From positions 1-23,177 of the forward strand of contig CAWVRN010000042.1 of assembly GCA_963932905.1 (NCBI GenBank): a stretch of DNA of 23,177 nucleotides, written 5' to 3'. This DNA is from an uncultured Bdellovibrio sp. GTDB taxonomy: Bacteria; Bdellovibrionota; Bdellovibrionia; Bdellovibrionales; Bdellovibrionaceae. This document shows positions 1-10,315 of this stretch, piece by piece. The position numbers and the translations under genes are program-made. Below the pieces are notes generated by a model, which saw only the letters and a program-made list of their open reading frames with translations, did not search any database and was not told where the DNA came from. Each line of letters begins with the position of its first letter. Positions within the stretch are counted from its first letter, which is position 1.

Positions 1-51
1 TCTTTCCAATAGAATTTAGCTTCTTAGCCGCAAGCTAAGGAGCCAGTTCTT
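1..51 (+). repeat. Left copy of a ~51-bp hairpin-forming repeat, truncated by the window edge
   Basis: 1-51 is the reverse complement of 23124-23174 with one mismatch (pos 10 vs 23165). Core stem GCTTCTTAGC-cgcaa-GCTAAGGAGC (19-43), extendable by AGAATT/AGTTCT (11-16/45-50). Confidence 0.95.
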
Positions 52-99
52 GGATCGAACCAACTGAGGTTTTGTAACACATCAGATTGTAGAGCTATA

Positions 100-507
100 C
101 TATTTTAATCTGCAAGCAACTGTCTTGACGGCGCCACCGTAAGCTACACCTTTATTAAAAGACACAAACCCAGTAGAAATAAGCTGAATTTCGTTGCCGC
201 TAAATTTGGCGATACCTACACCGCCTTGGAGAGGATACTCATCGTCGGTAGTTACTTTTGTCAGCGATCCAAACGCAGACTGAGTATCGTTACTATAGTC
301 CCAAATGCCAGTGAGTTGCCTCTCTAGTTTTCCAGCAAGTCCAGGTGCATGAATTTTAACTTTTACTTCAACAGAAACGGGGCTCAATTTGTTAAAAACT
401 ATTTCAACGGGCCCATATTTAGCATCGCAAGTGTATGTTTCCTGTAAAATGTTTGCAGAACAAACTGTCGCTAAAGAAAACAGCGATAAAAACGCAAAAT
501 TTTTCAC
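100..507 (-). CDS. Small secreted hypothetical protein (~135 aa)
   Basis: ORF track gives 100..531. The GTG at 507 is preceded by SD AAGGAG (518-513) and yields a signal peptide MKNFAFLSLFSLATVCSA. Two Cys near the mature termini (TYTC, VAC) could form a disulfide. Confidence 0.7.
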   Translation of the reverse strand: MKNFAFLSLFSLATVCSANILQETYTCDAKYGPVEIVFNKLSPVSVEVKVKIHAPGLAGKLERQLTGIWDYSNDTQSAFGSLTKVTTDDEYPLQGGVGIAKFSGNEIQLISTGFVSFNKGVAYGGAVKTVACRLK

Positions 508-746
508 ATTAACTCCTTGCCTATGAGACACTCTATTTTCAATTAATTTGAGCCTCAGAATGACATCGCCCTAGAAAAAATAAAGTGCAGATATTTTTAC
601 AGGAATTATTTACCTGTCAAACTTTTGAACGAAAAAGGACTCTAACTGAAGAAAATCTAAAAACCAATCTAGTCTAGCACACTTATGCGGAATTGAACGC
701 ATTCGTTTTCTTTACAACAACGCTTGTGTCTGTTTGAATCTAGAGA

Positions 747-1109
747 ATGAAGAAATATGTAATTATTTATATGGCCCTGTTAATAATTGGATGTGCCCAT
801 AAATTGCCCGATAAGGAGGAAGCTTTGAATGTTAGTCGCCCATTAGCGGAATTTAAGAAAGCATTTGATAACTTGAGTGATACGGGAGGATTATTAAGTC
901 TGGAGGAGGCTAATAGTCTGTTTGGTCCAGATGTTAAGGAAGCCTATGAAGCGATGAGTAGCTGCCCAAATGCAAAGTACAGTGTTAAAGAGGGCGGTGC
1001 CGTTATGGTGATTTTTTTCAAGCACGATAAATCACGGTTTTATATGACATCGGCAGTTTATTCGAATCAAAAAGGCGACAGAGAGTTCCTTTTTCCCAGA
1101 GAACCTTAA
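747..1109 (+). CDS. Putative lipoprotein, unknown function
   Basis: MKK + hydrophobic stretch + lipobox-like IIG/C at residue 16. 120-aa ORF. Confidence 0.7.
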   Translation: MKKYVIIYMALLIIGCAHKLPDKEEALNVSRPLAEFKKAFDNLSDTGGLLSLEEANSLFGPDVKEAYEAMSSCPNAKYSVKEGGAVMVIFFKHDKSRFYMTSAVYSNQKGDREFLFPREP

Positions 1110-1295
1110 TCTGATTTCACAAGTATTGTAGTGACTATTGGTCTGAGGGGAGGTCATTCAATGAAGATGTTTCGGTTGGCTACTACGAGATGTGTTCAGC
1201 TTCCGAGCCGCAAATAGGTCTATTAATTACAGAACGCCTGTCAGATGGTTTACAGTAACAAATCCTGGATCTGATGAGTTTTATTTCAAACTTCG

Positions 1296-1682
1296 CTAAG
1301 CAACCGAAGGTGGATTCAAAAGAAGCATGATCTTGTTTCTTAGTGTTTTGATATCACAGGGCTTTGTCATTAATCCAGAGGCCCCAATGCTGCAGGCACT
1401 TTGTTCCGTAAGATCCGATTGCCCCGAGATTAATAAAATCACAGGAATCAAAAGGTTTTTAGAACGAACTCTTTTAGTTAATTCAAAACCGCCCATAACC
1501 GGCATTTGGACGTCCGAAAGAATTAAATCGACAGATTCAGTTTCCAATATTTGTAAAGCCTTTTCGCCGTTTTCTGCGACAAAAACTTCACTCACTAGGT
1601 TTTCTAAAACCGCTGCGAGGATATCTCTTAAATCTTTCTCGTCTTCAACTACTAGAATTTTTTTGTCTTTTAAAGAATTCAT
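1296..1682 (-). CDS. Single-domain response regulator (receiver only)
   Basis: ILVVEDE, LILSDVQMPVMGG (phospho-Asp), LLISG, KP motifs. SD GGAGG upstream. Lies 23 bp after the hybrid kinase stop. Confidence 0.92.
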   Translation of the reverse strand: MNSLKDKKILVVEDEKDLRDILAAVLENLVSEVFVAENGEKALQILETESVDLILSDVQMPVMGGFELTKRVRSKNLLIPVILLISGQSDLTEQSACSIGASGLMTKPCDIKTLRNKIMLLLNPPSVA

Positions 1683-1705
1683 AATCCTCCACTTAGGATT
1701 TTATT

Positions 1706-4700
1706 TTAAGCCACCTTGCCTTGGATACTGTCTGCTTTTTTTAAGCGTATTATAAAACGAGTATTGGCACAAGTCTCATCATAATAGAGCTGTCCACCAT
1801 GCCGCTCTATGATTCCTCGAGAAATACTGAGTCCTAGACCCGTACCTTTACCAATGTCCTTCGTCGTAAAAAACGGCTGAAATAATTTTTCGCGGGACTT
1901 GGCATCTATTCCAGCACCGCTATCAGTCAGGGAAAAAATCACTACGCCTTCATCGTGACCTATAGCTTCGATTCGAATCCATGAATTTTTTTGTTCATGA
2001 ATGGCGTCAAAAGAATTATTAAGCAAATTCAAGATAACTTGTGAAATTTCTGTGGGGCGACCCAGTATACTGAGTTGTGGGTCGATATGTCCACATTCAA
2101 TGATTACGTTTGATTTACGGAAGCGTTCCTGGCACAACGCTAACGTTTGATCTAAAATTTCGTGAACGTTGACGGAAACCATAGGATCGGAAGATCCATC
2201 TCGAGAAAACTGCCGCAACCCAGTTATAATTTTAGCAATATGATCAACAGTTTTCGTAATAGACTGAGAAACCTTCAATATCATCTCAGCATCAAGTTTT
2301 TTTGCCTCAAGACGCATCTCGAGTCTTTCCGCATGCAATCGAATCGTGGTTAGGGGCGTGTTGATTTCATGAGCGATACCACCAGCCATCAATCCAAGAG
2401 CCGACATTTTACTGGAATGGGCCAGCTGAGCTTGAGTCTCGCGTAAAGTGACTAAACTTTGATTTAATTCCTGAGTTCTGAGTTGAACTCGTCCTTCCAG
2501 GTCATGGTACAAGGACGCATTCTCAAGAGAAACCGCAGCCTGCGACGCCAGAATTTTTAAAACCTGAACGCGATCAGGACTAAACGCGCCCGAACTCAAG
2601 TTATTTTCCAAGTATAAATAACCGGCAATCCGTCCATGATTAAGGATCGGCATACATAAGATGGACTTATTTTTATTTTTCTCGATGTAGGGGTCGGATT
2701 TATAACGTGAATCTGTTAGTGCCTGATCTAATACAACGGGTTCTTGGGTTCTAAGAGCTTCACGGAAAACACTTTGAGCCATCTTATCATAGGCCGTAGC
2801 CTCAATATTTACAAGATTCATACCTGATCCTTCGGAGTGGGCACGAACAAAAACTTGCCCGTCATTCGACAAAATCAGACATGCCGTCTGAGCCCCGGCA
2901 TTTTCCTGTGCAATTTGTAATAGTTTTATAAGAAGTTTCTCCTGGATGATTTCCCCAGAGATCGCTTGCGATGCTTTAATGATAGCCCCAACATCAAGCA
3001 TAGCAGAGGTCATATAACTAGTGCTCTGCTGCGTAGAACCAAAAGATTTTTGTGTATGGGACGACGTTCTTGTTTGTAAATCTGGGAACTCTTGCTGAAG
3101 TAAAGCCATTTTCTTTTTACACGCAAAATTTTCGTACAAGGCATAGGCATCTGCTAAATAAACATAAGCTATTTTTTCATGTCCCCAAACCAACCACGTT
3201 CGACCAGCTCTTTCTGCACAAAGGGCGGCAAAAAAGATAAGACCAGATTCTTTAGCTTGCCCGATAGCTAAGTCATAATATTTTAGTACGGTTTCCATTC
3301 CGTCTTTACTTTCCAAGTAACTCAACTCAGCCGAAAGTAAATTTTCGATCCAAGCAAAATTCATAGGAGCACTTTTACTCAAGTCTATTAGAATGGCCCT
3401 GTGTTTATTAAATTCGGCCATCAATTTCACCTTCTCTGATTCATCGGCATCGCGACAATACGCAGCGTGAGCCATTGCCGAAAAAAATCTATAAGTCACT
3501 TGATCTAGTATCATGGATTCAATGGCAGTGAAATTGCTTTCAAGGGCGACTTTTGAAGCGTCTGCGAATTTTCCGTAGTGGAATAATCTGCCAATCAAAA
3601 GCAAGCTTGAAAAGGTATTAAATAAAGGTGCTGATTTAAATGTGTCGCGATAGTGAGTATCATTAAAGTGGTTATAATCAATTGAATCTAGACTCGAAGT
3701 AAGACCTAAAAAATTCATCGCTTCACCTTTTTGGGAAGCCAGCATTTCTCCCATGGCAAAGTTATTAATTTTTTTCACCCGAGCCAACTGCTTGTCAAAA
3801 CTTTCGACCGCGCTCAAGAGGTTTTTTTTGCTCCACATAAGACTCAGGCGCCCTAAACCAACAGCAGCGTAGGCAGAAAACAATTGATCACCGGAATCAA
3901 CTCCTTCTTTATACGCTCTTTCGTAAAGATCATATACTTCTTGATACGATTTTTTAAGAGGTAAGAACATAGTCGCAAAAACGTAAACTAAAGTACTCGA
4001 TATAGCTTTATTCTTAAATATTTCATCATTTACTCTCAGTGATAAGGCTCCGAGTTCATAGGCGTCGTCATAATTTCGGAAACCTGCGGAAAGAACAATT
4101 GCAATACTTTGGTAACCGATCGGCGAAAAAGATGTGTTTCCCTTGCGAATGGTTTGATTGATCATCGTAACCGCCATGACACCATAATAATGAGAAGCGG
4201 CGATGAAGACACAATCCAACATGCTAGCACAAATCGAAATAACCAAATCATGTTCAACGGAACGGCTTACCGGAAGGTCATAGAGCGCTTGGATTCCCTT
4301 CTCATTTCTAAATTGCAGATAAAACTGATACTCTTTCATAAAGTAACTACCCACGTCTTCAGGTACATGAGTCGCAGGTAGGTGAATCCCTAAAAGTTCC
4401 AAGGCCTTTAATCCTTCGGTAATCGCTTCAGGGTAACGACCTACTGCCGCTAGTTGATTTAAGCGAATCGCATATATTTTGCCAGAATCGACGGGAGACT
4501 GTGAATTATTCAATGCTTTCATCAAAAATTTTTCAGCTTCGTCAACGTGTCCTAGTAATCCGCAACATCGTCCGCCCAATAAATAAAATTCAAAAGATCT
4601 TTCATAAGCGTTATTCCAGTTTTCAGCTTCTGGGAGTGCTAACGCAAAACGGACGAATTCCAGCGCTGCTTGATAGGCCGTTGAGTCTTGAGATTTTTGA

Positions 4701-7000
4701 GCGGCTCGCAAATTCAATGTGACCAGTTTGTCTATTTCAATAGGTTCGGTAATTAATTGATGGGCTTGATTCAAATGGTTGACGGCCTCCAGGAGGTATT
4801 CTTGATTAGCTCCTGTCATGAGCTGATTGAAATGTCGACCGATTCTTAAATGAAATTGTAGTTTTTCATTTTTACTGCTGGAATCATATGCTGCCTGTTG
4901 CACGCGATCGTGCAAAAAACGACAGGTAAAATAAGGGCTGATGGCCTCAAGTTCAGTCTCTGTTGCCTCGCCCTGACTGCACTGCCAAGCCATGCTATAA
5001 TATTTGGTGAACTCATCACCGAATAAAACAACGCCGTTATGAATAGCATCCCAAATTCGTAAAACTGTTTTTGAAAGAGGTGTTCCCTCAAGTTCTGCGA
5101 TAGTTTTCAGGTCAAAACGCGCACCTAAGCACGCTGCGATTTTTAAAATTTCTTGGGAGTCTTGACTTAATTCTTTCAGGCGATGAGTAACCAGATCAAC
5201 AACGTTGTCAGTTACTTCCAAGCTTTTAATTCTACTTATATCCCATTCCCAACAACTGGCCAGAGTATTCACTTGAACGCAGCCATCCTTATGTAGTCGT
5301 CTTATAAACTCGCTGGCGAAAAAAGGATTTCCTCCTGTTTTTGCAATCACAACTTCGGCAAAATCGAGGCAGTCTTCAGGTGATCGATGAAATGTATCCG
5401 CAAGCAACTGCTGCATATCGTTTAGCTGTAATGGCTTTAAACTAATCTTGGACACAGTTTTATTTTTTCCAATTTCATTCATTGCATAGGTAAGTGGGTG
5501 AGACTCTGTGACTTCATTTTCACGATAGGAACCTACAAGAAGAAAATAAGAACTTTCAAGCAACAAACTTTTTATTAAATCCAAGCTGCTCAGATCAGCC
5601 CATTGCAAGTCGTCTAAAAAAATGACTAGGGGATGCTCGGCACTGGCAAATGCGGATACAAATTTCTGGAAGGTACGGTAGAATCGACTTTTTGACTCCA
5701 CCGAACTCATTGGAGGAATAGGCGACTGTGGTCCAATAATGTGTTCCAGTTCAGGTATGACATCCACTATAATTCCAGCGTTTTCGCCTAATGTAGAGAT
5801 TATTTTTTCTTTTATATTTTGGATCTTTGGTTGTGACTCAGAAAGTAAACTTCGTACTAAACTTGTAAAGGCTTGAGTGATTGCACTGTAGGGTATATTA
5901 CTATCATATTGGTTGTATTTACCTGAAATAAAATAGCCTTTTTGCTTCACTATGGGCTTTTGTAACTCATTAACCAAAACAGTTTTTCCGATTCCAGAAT
6001 AGCCAGACACAAGAACCAGCTCGCCGCTGCCTGTTGCAGATTTTTCAAATGCTTTTATAAGTTCAATTTGCTGTTTTTCACGTCCATAAAGTTTTTGAGG
6101 TATGGTTAATACAAGTGGTACATCGTAAGATGCGATTTCAAAATCAGGAATCAGGCCTTTTTCCAAAAAACTCTGACGACATAATTCAAGATCTTTTCTC
6201 AAACCCTGGCCGCTGTGATAGCGATCTTCCGAGTTTTTCGCCATGAGTTTCATAACTATACGAGAAATTACTTCTGGCACTTCATGTGAAACTTCGCTCG
6301 GGAATTTTGGCTGCTTAGCTAAATGACAATAGACAAGCTCCATAGGATCTTCCGAAGTGAAAGGAAGTTTCCCAGTTAACATAAGATAATAAAGAACGCC
6401 TAACGAGTAAAAGTCAGTTCTGTAATCAACTGGGCGATTCATACGACGAGTTAACTCTGGAGAAATATAGGATAAGGTGCCTTCTAGAGCACTCAGATTT
6501 TGAGAGTCTTGGAATTCTACAGCGATTTGAGACGCCGTACCGAAATCAATAAATTTGAGATCACCTTGATTCGACAAGACGACATTTTCAGGTTTAATAT
6601 CTTTATGAATGATTCCGGCTTCATGAATGCGGCTTAAAGCATCTGCTAAAGAAATTGCAATATTCAAAAAGTCTTTTATTTCGACTTTTCCGTAATTTAT
6701 AAATTCTTTTAGAGAGAAACTTTCGTGGGTCACCGGCATAATAAGAACCCAGGAATCTAAATGACGTTTTAATTCAGCATTCTGGGGTACGCAGGTAAGA
6801 TGATTTATCGTTTTAAGAATAGTGTACTCATTTTGAATCCGCGCGATGCTCGAAATACTTGATGGTGAAATCTTTTGAAGTTTTAGATAGGCGGTTTTCG
6901 TTTCGTGAGTTCCTAGAAAAACAATTGAGTTGTCAGTTTCTAATACCGTCTTTTGTATAGAGTAGCCTGCGATTTGATGAGTCCTTTTTGAATTTGACAC
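1706..7000 (-). CDS. Hybrid Ser/Thr kinase - P-loop NTPase - helical repeats - GAF - histidine kinase (HstK-like trifunctional kinase)
   Basis: HKDIKPEN, IDFG, YISPE (Hanks kinase). GYSGIGKT Walker A, LVIFLDDLQWAD Walker B. GAF (DPYI..KSILCMPI..YLYLENN). H-box IAHEINTPL, N-box NLLNNSFDA, DSGAGI, FQPFFTTK, GTGLGL. GTG start. Confidence 0.93.
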   Translation of the reverse strand: MSNSKRTHQIAGYSIQKTVLETDNSIVFLGTHETKTAYLKLQKISPSSISSIARIQNEYTILKTINHLTCVPQNAELKRHLDSWVLIMPVTHESFSLKEFINYGKVEIKDFLNIAISLADALSRIHEAGIIHKDIKPENVVLSNQGDLKFIDFGTASQIAVEFQDSQNLSALEGTLSYISPELTRRMNRPVDYRTDFYSLGVLYYLMLTGKLPFTSEDPMELVYCHLAKQPKFPSEVSHEVPEVISRIVMKLMAKNSEDRYHSGQGLRKDLELCRQSFLEKGLIPDFEIASYDVPLVLTIPQKLYGREKQQIELIKAFEKSATGSGELVLVSGYSGIGKTVLVNELQKPIVKQKGYFISGKYNQYDSNIPYSAITQAFTSLVRSLLSESQPKIQNIKEKIISTLGENAGIIVDVIPELEHIIGPQSPIPPMSSVESKSRFYRTFQKFVSAFASAEHPLVIFLDDLQWADLSSLDLIKSLLLESSYFLLVGSYRENEVTESHPLTYAMNEIGKNKTVSKISLKPLQLNDMQQLLADTFHRSPEDCLDFAEVVIAKTGGNPFFASEFIRRLHKDGCVQVNTLASCWEWDISRIKSLEVTDNVVDLVTHRLKELSQDSQEILKIAACLGARFDLKTIAELEGTPLSKTVLRIWDAIHNGVVLFGDEFTKYYSMAWQCSQGEATETELEAISPYFTCRFLHDRVQQAAYDSSSKNEKLQFHLRIGRHFNQLMTGANQEYLLEAVNHLNQAHQLITEPIEIDKLVTLNLRAAQKSQDSTAYQAALEFVRFALALPEAENWNNAYERSFEFYLLGGRCCGLLGHVDEAEKFLMKALNNSQSPVDSGKIYAIRLNQLAAVGRYPEAITEGLKALELLGIHLPATHVPEDVGSYFMKEYQFYLQFRNEKGIQALYDLPVSRSVEHDLVISICASMLDCVFIAASHYYGVMAVTMINQTIRKGNTSFSPIGYQSIAIVLSAGFRNYDDAYELGALSLRVNDEIFKNKAISSTLVYVFATMFLPLKKSYQEVYDLYERAYKEGVDSGDQLFSAYAAVGLGRLSLMWSKKNLLSAVESFDKQLARVKKINNFAMGEMLASQKGEAMNFLGLTSSLDSIDYNHFNDTHYRDTFKSAPLFNTFSSLLLIGRLFHYGKFADASKVALESNFTAIESMILDQVTYRFFSAMAHAAYCRDADESEKVKLMAEFNKHRAILIDLSKSAPMNFAWIENLLSAELSYLESKDGMETVLKYYDLAIGQAKESGLIFFAALCAERAGRTWLVWGHEKIAYVYLADAYALYENFACKKKMALLQQEFPDLQTRTSSHTQKSFGSTQQSTSYMTSAMLDVGAIIKASQAISGEIIQEKLLIKLLQIAQENAGAQTACLILSNDGQVFVRAHSEGSGMNLVNIEATAYDKMAQSVFREALRTQEPVVLDQALTDSRYKSDPYIEKNKNKSILCMPILNHGRIAGYLYLENNLSSGAFSPDRVQVLKILASQAAVSLENASLYHDLEGRVQLRTQELNQSLVTLRETQAQLAHSSKMSALGLMAGGIAHEINTPLTTIRLHAERLEMRLEAKKLDAEMILKVSQSITKTVDHIAKIITGLRQFSRDGSSDPMVSVNVHEILDQTLALCQERFRKSNVIIECGHIDPQLSILGRPTEISQVILNLLNNSFDAIHEQKNSWIRIEAIGHDEGVVIFSLTDSGAGIDAKSREKLFQPFFTTKDIGKGTGLGLSISRGIIERHGGQLYYDETCANTRFIIRLKKADSIQGKVA

Positions 7001-7031
7001 GAGAGCCCCCTAGTGACGGACAATAAACTTC

Positions 7032-7060
7032 TTGTCGGAACAATGTGTAAGTGAATCAAG
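7032..7060 (-). promoter_or_regulatory. Putative sigma28(FliA)-like promoter of the hybrid kinase/RR operon
   Basis: Minus strand CTTGA-N16-TCCGACAA. The -10 resembles GCCGATAA, and the same motif recurs upstream of cheW and the cheR-REC gene. Confidence 0.5.
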
Positions 7061-7249
7061 ACAAAAAATATTTTCCTCATTTGGTCTGATATGAGATCGC
7101 GGACTTTGGTTAAAATCATATAGGCTTTATCAGTATGTCATTTTGATACAGACGTCGCTGATTTCTAAACAAGACGGTCGCGAAATCTTTACTTTCATTT
7201 ACAGTGGGATCGGTGGAGGTTTAAGATTCGTGACGAACAAAATGAAGTT

Positions 7250-7639
7250 TTATGGGTTCGCTAAGTCATCTAAAATTGGACAGTTTGGTCTGTCGTCGCC
7301 ATGGCAACATTTTGCTAGATGCTTCAACGTCTTAACTATCGCTTGGAGGACTACAATTTTTTGCTCCATTTCACTAATATGATTAAGAGCTAGATTTTTA
7401 ACCTCGACGCTTGCTCTTGTTTTGTTGCGCCATAGACTCACGAGCTTTTTGATTTCTTTCATAGAAAAGCCAAGGCTTCGCGATTTTTTTACAAATACCA
7501 GGATATTTACATCGGCTTCTGAATAGGTTCTGTAGCCCGCCATCGATCTGCTGGCTTTTGGGATAATTCCAATGGACTCATAGTGACGGATCAGTTTTGC
7601 ATTCACACCCGATATTGTTGCTGCCTCGCCGATATTCAT
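7250..7639 (-). CDS. cueR: Cu(I)-responsive MerR-family regulator CueR
   Basis: MNIGEAA..GVNAKLIRHYE..GYRTY MerR HTH. C-terminal metal loop CCHGDDRPNCPIL. Divergent from a Cu-ATPase with CueR boxes between them. Confidence 0.95.
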   Translation of the reverse strand: MNIGEAATISGVNAKLIRHYESIGIIPKASRSMAGYRTYSEADVNILVFVKKSRSLGFSMKEIKKLVSLWRNKTRASVEVKNLALNHISEMEQKIVVLQAIVKTLKHLAKCCHGDDRPNCPILDDLANP

Positions 7640-7670
7640 AGTTTTCCCTTTTGGTTGTACCTAAGAGATG

Positions 7671-7701
7671 ACTATAAACCTTCCCATAATTGGAAGGTCA
7701 A
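7671..7701 (-). promoter_or_regulatory. CueR box within a 19-bp-spacer sigma70 promoter facing cueR
   Basis: ACCTTCC-N7-GGAAGGT at 7678-7698. Minus strand reads TTGACC (7701-7696)-N19-TATAGT (7676-7671). Confidence 0.88.
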
Positions 7702-7773
7702 GCAATTGATAAAAAGTTGCGTATCAAAGCAATCCATTTTTAACGAAACGCATCTAAACTCTAATTTTCTCTA

Positions 7774-7804
7774 TTGACCTTCCAACCACTGGAAGGTGCA
7801 TGCT
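7774..7804 (+). promoter_or_regulatory. CueR box within a 19-bp-spacer promoter of copA
   Basis: ACCTTCC-N7-GGAAGGT at 7777-7797. TTGACC (7774-7779)-N19-CATGCT (7799-7804). Confidence 0.88.
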
Positions 7805-7859
7805 GTACACAAAGAGGAAAACAGACTCTAGCCTTGAAGGGCATTTGACTGGAGAATAT

Positions 7860-10274
7860 ATGGATCATTCGAAGCACAACCACAATAAACATCAGGGGCA
7901 TAGTCATCAACATGACCATTCCCATAGTGAAGGCCACTCGTGTAGCTCAATTGCACCAAAGAAGGAATCCGATCTTGTTAAAGATCCAGTTTGTGGAATG
8001 ATGATTGACCCTAAAACGGCTAAAGGTGGTAATACGAATTACAAAGGAGAAACTTTTTATTTCTGTAATCCAAAATGCAAGACTAAGTTTGATACAGAAC
8101 CTTTGAAATATTTAAATCCTCAAGTTGAACAAAATCAGAGAAATGATAAAGAAGTTATCTACACTTGTCCCATGCATCCAGAGATCCGACAAACGGGAGC
8201 CGGCAATTGTCCGATATGTGGTATGGCGCTTGAACCTGAAGACGTGTCTATAGAAGATGTTGAAAATCCGGAGCTTGCGGATTTCACAAAGCGCTTGAGA
8301 GTCAGTGTCCCATTAACGATCCCGTTATTGCTATTGGCGATGTCCGATTTAATTCCGGGACAACCAGTACAACATGCAATCCCTAGTTGGATTAATGCAG
8401 GAATTCAATTTTTGCTTGCAACCCCAGTGGTTCTTTGGGCAGGCTTTCCATTTTTTGAACGGGGATGGCGTTCAGTTAAGTCTCGAAACTTCAATATGTT
8501 CACGCTCATCGCTCTTGGAACTAGCGTAGCCTATCTATTCAGTTTAGTAGGAACATTCTTTCCGTCACTCTTTCCTAAGAGTGTCACGATGCACGGTGGA
8601 ATGGTTCCGTTGTATTACGAAGCAGCCGCCGTTATTACAACCCTTGTTCTGTTGGGACAGATTCTTGAGCTTCGAGCCAGAAGCCAAACTGGAAATTCCA
8701 TAAAAGCGCTTTTAGGACTTGCGCCGAAGACGGCAAGGAAAGTTCTCGCTGACGGAACGGAAGAAGATATTTCTATCAAGTACATTCACGTTGGCGATTT
8801 GTTAAGAGTTCGACCTGGTGAGAAAATTCCTGTCGATGGTGAAGTGACTGATGGCCGCAGTTCAGTGGATGAATCAATGATTACAGGTGAACCAATTCCT
8901 GTAGAAAAAGACAACGGGGATTTAGTTACGGGAGGAACCGTCAATAGCACGGGAAGTCTAGTTATGAAGGCAACAAAAGTAGGTTCTGATACTTTGTTGT
9001 CGCAGATCGTAAAAATGGTATCTCAAGCGCAAAGAAGTCGTGCACCGATCCAGAAACTTGCGGACACCGTTTCGGGTTATTTTGTTCCAGCTGTTATTGC
9101 TATCGCTCTTGTAACCGCCATCGTTTGGTATTTTATCGGGCCGGAACCACGATTGCCCCATGCAATTATAAATGCAGTCGCAGTGCTTATTATCGCTTGT
9201 CCTTGTGCTCTTGGTCTTGCGACTCCGATGTCCATTATGGTCGGCACAGGTAAAGGGGCGAATGTCGGTGTGTTAATTAAAAATGCAGAAGCCCTTGAAG
9301 GTCTTGAGCGGATCACCACTTTGGTTGTTGATAAAACAGGGACTCTTACTTTAGGGAAGCCCAAACTTGCGGTCGTGAAAACCCTGAACGGTTTTACGGA
9401 ATGGGATGCTATGAGCCTGGTGGCTTCTCTTGAAAAATCCAGTGAGCATCCTCTGGCAGAGGCCATTGTTCAAGGCGCAATTGATAGAAATATAAAAATT
9501 GAATCTGTCGCCGAATTTGAATCCATAACTGGTATGGGTGTAAAAGGGCAAGTTCAAAAACGAAATGTCTTAGTAGGAAACAAAAAACTTTTTGAAAAAT
9601 TTGGTGTTGATTCGAGCGAACTTTCTCAAATTGCAAAAGATCTTCAAAGCACTGGGCACGGCACTATGCTTGTCGCTATTGACGGAAAACCAGCTGCTGT
9701 CATCGCCGTGAAAGACCCGATCAAAGAATCAGCTAAACCAGCTGTTAAGTACTTTCACTCTAAAGGTATTAAGGTTGTCATGGTAACTGGCGACAATCGT
9801 AATACAGCTGAAATTGTGGCAAGGGAAATGGGAATCGATAGGGTCGAAGCAGAGGTTCTTCCTCAGCGAAAAAATGAAATTATTCAAGAGCTGAAGTCTG
9901 AAGGACAAATTGTTGCCATGGCAGGAGATGGGATAAACGATGCACCTGCGCTGGCTCAAGCCGATATTGGAATTGCAATGGGCACTGGTACAGATGTCGC
10001 TATGGAAAGTGCAGGAGTTACTTTGGTCAAGGGTGATCTTATGGGAATTGTTCGTGCTCATAAACTGAGCCAGGCCACAATGAAAAATATAAGGCAGAAC
10101 TTGTTATTCGCTTTTGGGTACAATGTCCTTGGGGTACCGATTGCAGCAGGGGTACTCTATCCAGTTTTTGGGCTGCTACTGAGTCCAATGATTGCCAGTC
10201 TAGCAATGAGTTTAAGTTCTGTGTCGGTGGTAGCCAATGCCTTAAGGCTTAGGCAGAGTAAAATGGACGGGTAG
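7860..10274 (+). CDS. copA: Cu(I)/Ag(I)-exporting P1B-type ATPase with His-rich leader, YHS and heavy-metal-binding domains
   Basis: DPVCGM..FYFC..C (YHS), [53 protein letters not shown] and MSLSS. Start moved from 7800 to 7860 because SD GGAGA lies at 7851-7855 and the 7800 ATG overlaps the -10. Confidence 0.95.
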   Translation: MDHSKHNHNKHQGHSHQHDHSHSEGHSCSSIAPKKESDLVKDPVCGMMIDPKTAKGGNTNYKGETFYFCNPKCKTKFDTEPLKYLNPQVEQNQRNDKEVIYTCPMHPEIRQTGAGNCPICGMALEPEDVSIEDVENPELADFTKRLRVSVPLTIPLLLLAMSDLIPGQPVQHAIPSWINAGIQFLLATPVVLWAGFPFFERGWRSVKSRNFNMFTLIALGTSVAYLFSLVGTFFPSLFPKSVTMHGGMVPLYYEAAAVITTLVLLGQILELRARSQTGNSIKALLGLAPKTARKVLADGTEEDISIKYIHVGDLLRVRPGEKIPVDGEVTDGRSSVDESMITGEPIPVEKDNGDLVTGGTVNSTGSLVMKATKVGSDTLLSQIVKMVSQAQRSRAPIQKLADTVSGYFVPAVIAIALVTAIVWYFIGPEPRLPHAIINAVAVLIIACPCALGLATPMSIMVGTGKGANVGVLIKNAEALEGLERITTLVVDKTGTLTLGKPKLAVVKTLNGFTEWDAMSLVASLEKSSEHPLAEAIVQGAIDRNIKIESVAEFESITGMGVKGQVQKRNVLVGNKKLFEKFGVDSSELSQIAKDLQSTGHGTMLVAIDGKPAAVIAVKDPIKESAKPAVKYFHSKGIKVVMVTGDNRNTAEIVAREMGIDRVEAEVLPQRKNEIIQELKSEGQIVAMAGDGINDAPALAQADIGIAMGTGTDVAMESAGVTLVKGDLMGIVRAHKLSQATMKNIRQNLLFAFGYNVLGVPIAAGVLYPVFGLLLSPMIASLAMSLSSVSVVANALRLRQSKMDG

Positions 10275-10315
10275 TCATTTGCATCATCACCGGCTAGTTA
10301 ATCAAAGAAGTAAGT

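Noticed and set aside
1..51. Terminal repeat as a CRISPR repeat or integron attC site
   Set aside because: There are only two copies, inverted and 23 kb apart, with no spacers, no cas or intI genes and no RYYYAAC/GTTRRRY core pair.
1296..1682. Calling the single-domain receiver CheY
   Set aside because: It is operonic with a classical His kinase, not with che genes, and I cannot see CheY-specific features.
1327..5091. ORFs 1327..1755, 2162..2353, 3052..3240, 4109..4381, 4501..4722 (+) and 4846..5091 (-)
   Set aside because: Antisense or out-of-frame shadows of the response regulator and hybrid kinase, with no motifs.
7143..7777. ORFs 7143..7382 and 7583..7777 (+)
   Set aside because: They overlap cueR antisense and the CueR promoter region, with no recognisable protein features.
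7800..7859. ORF-track start of copA at 7800
   Set aside because: The ATG overlaps the predicted -10 element and lacks an SD. ATG 7860 has GGAGA upstream.
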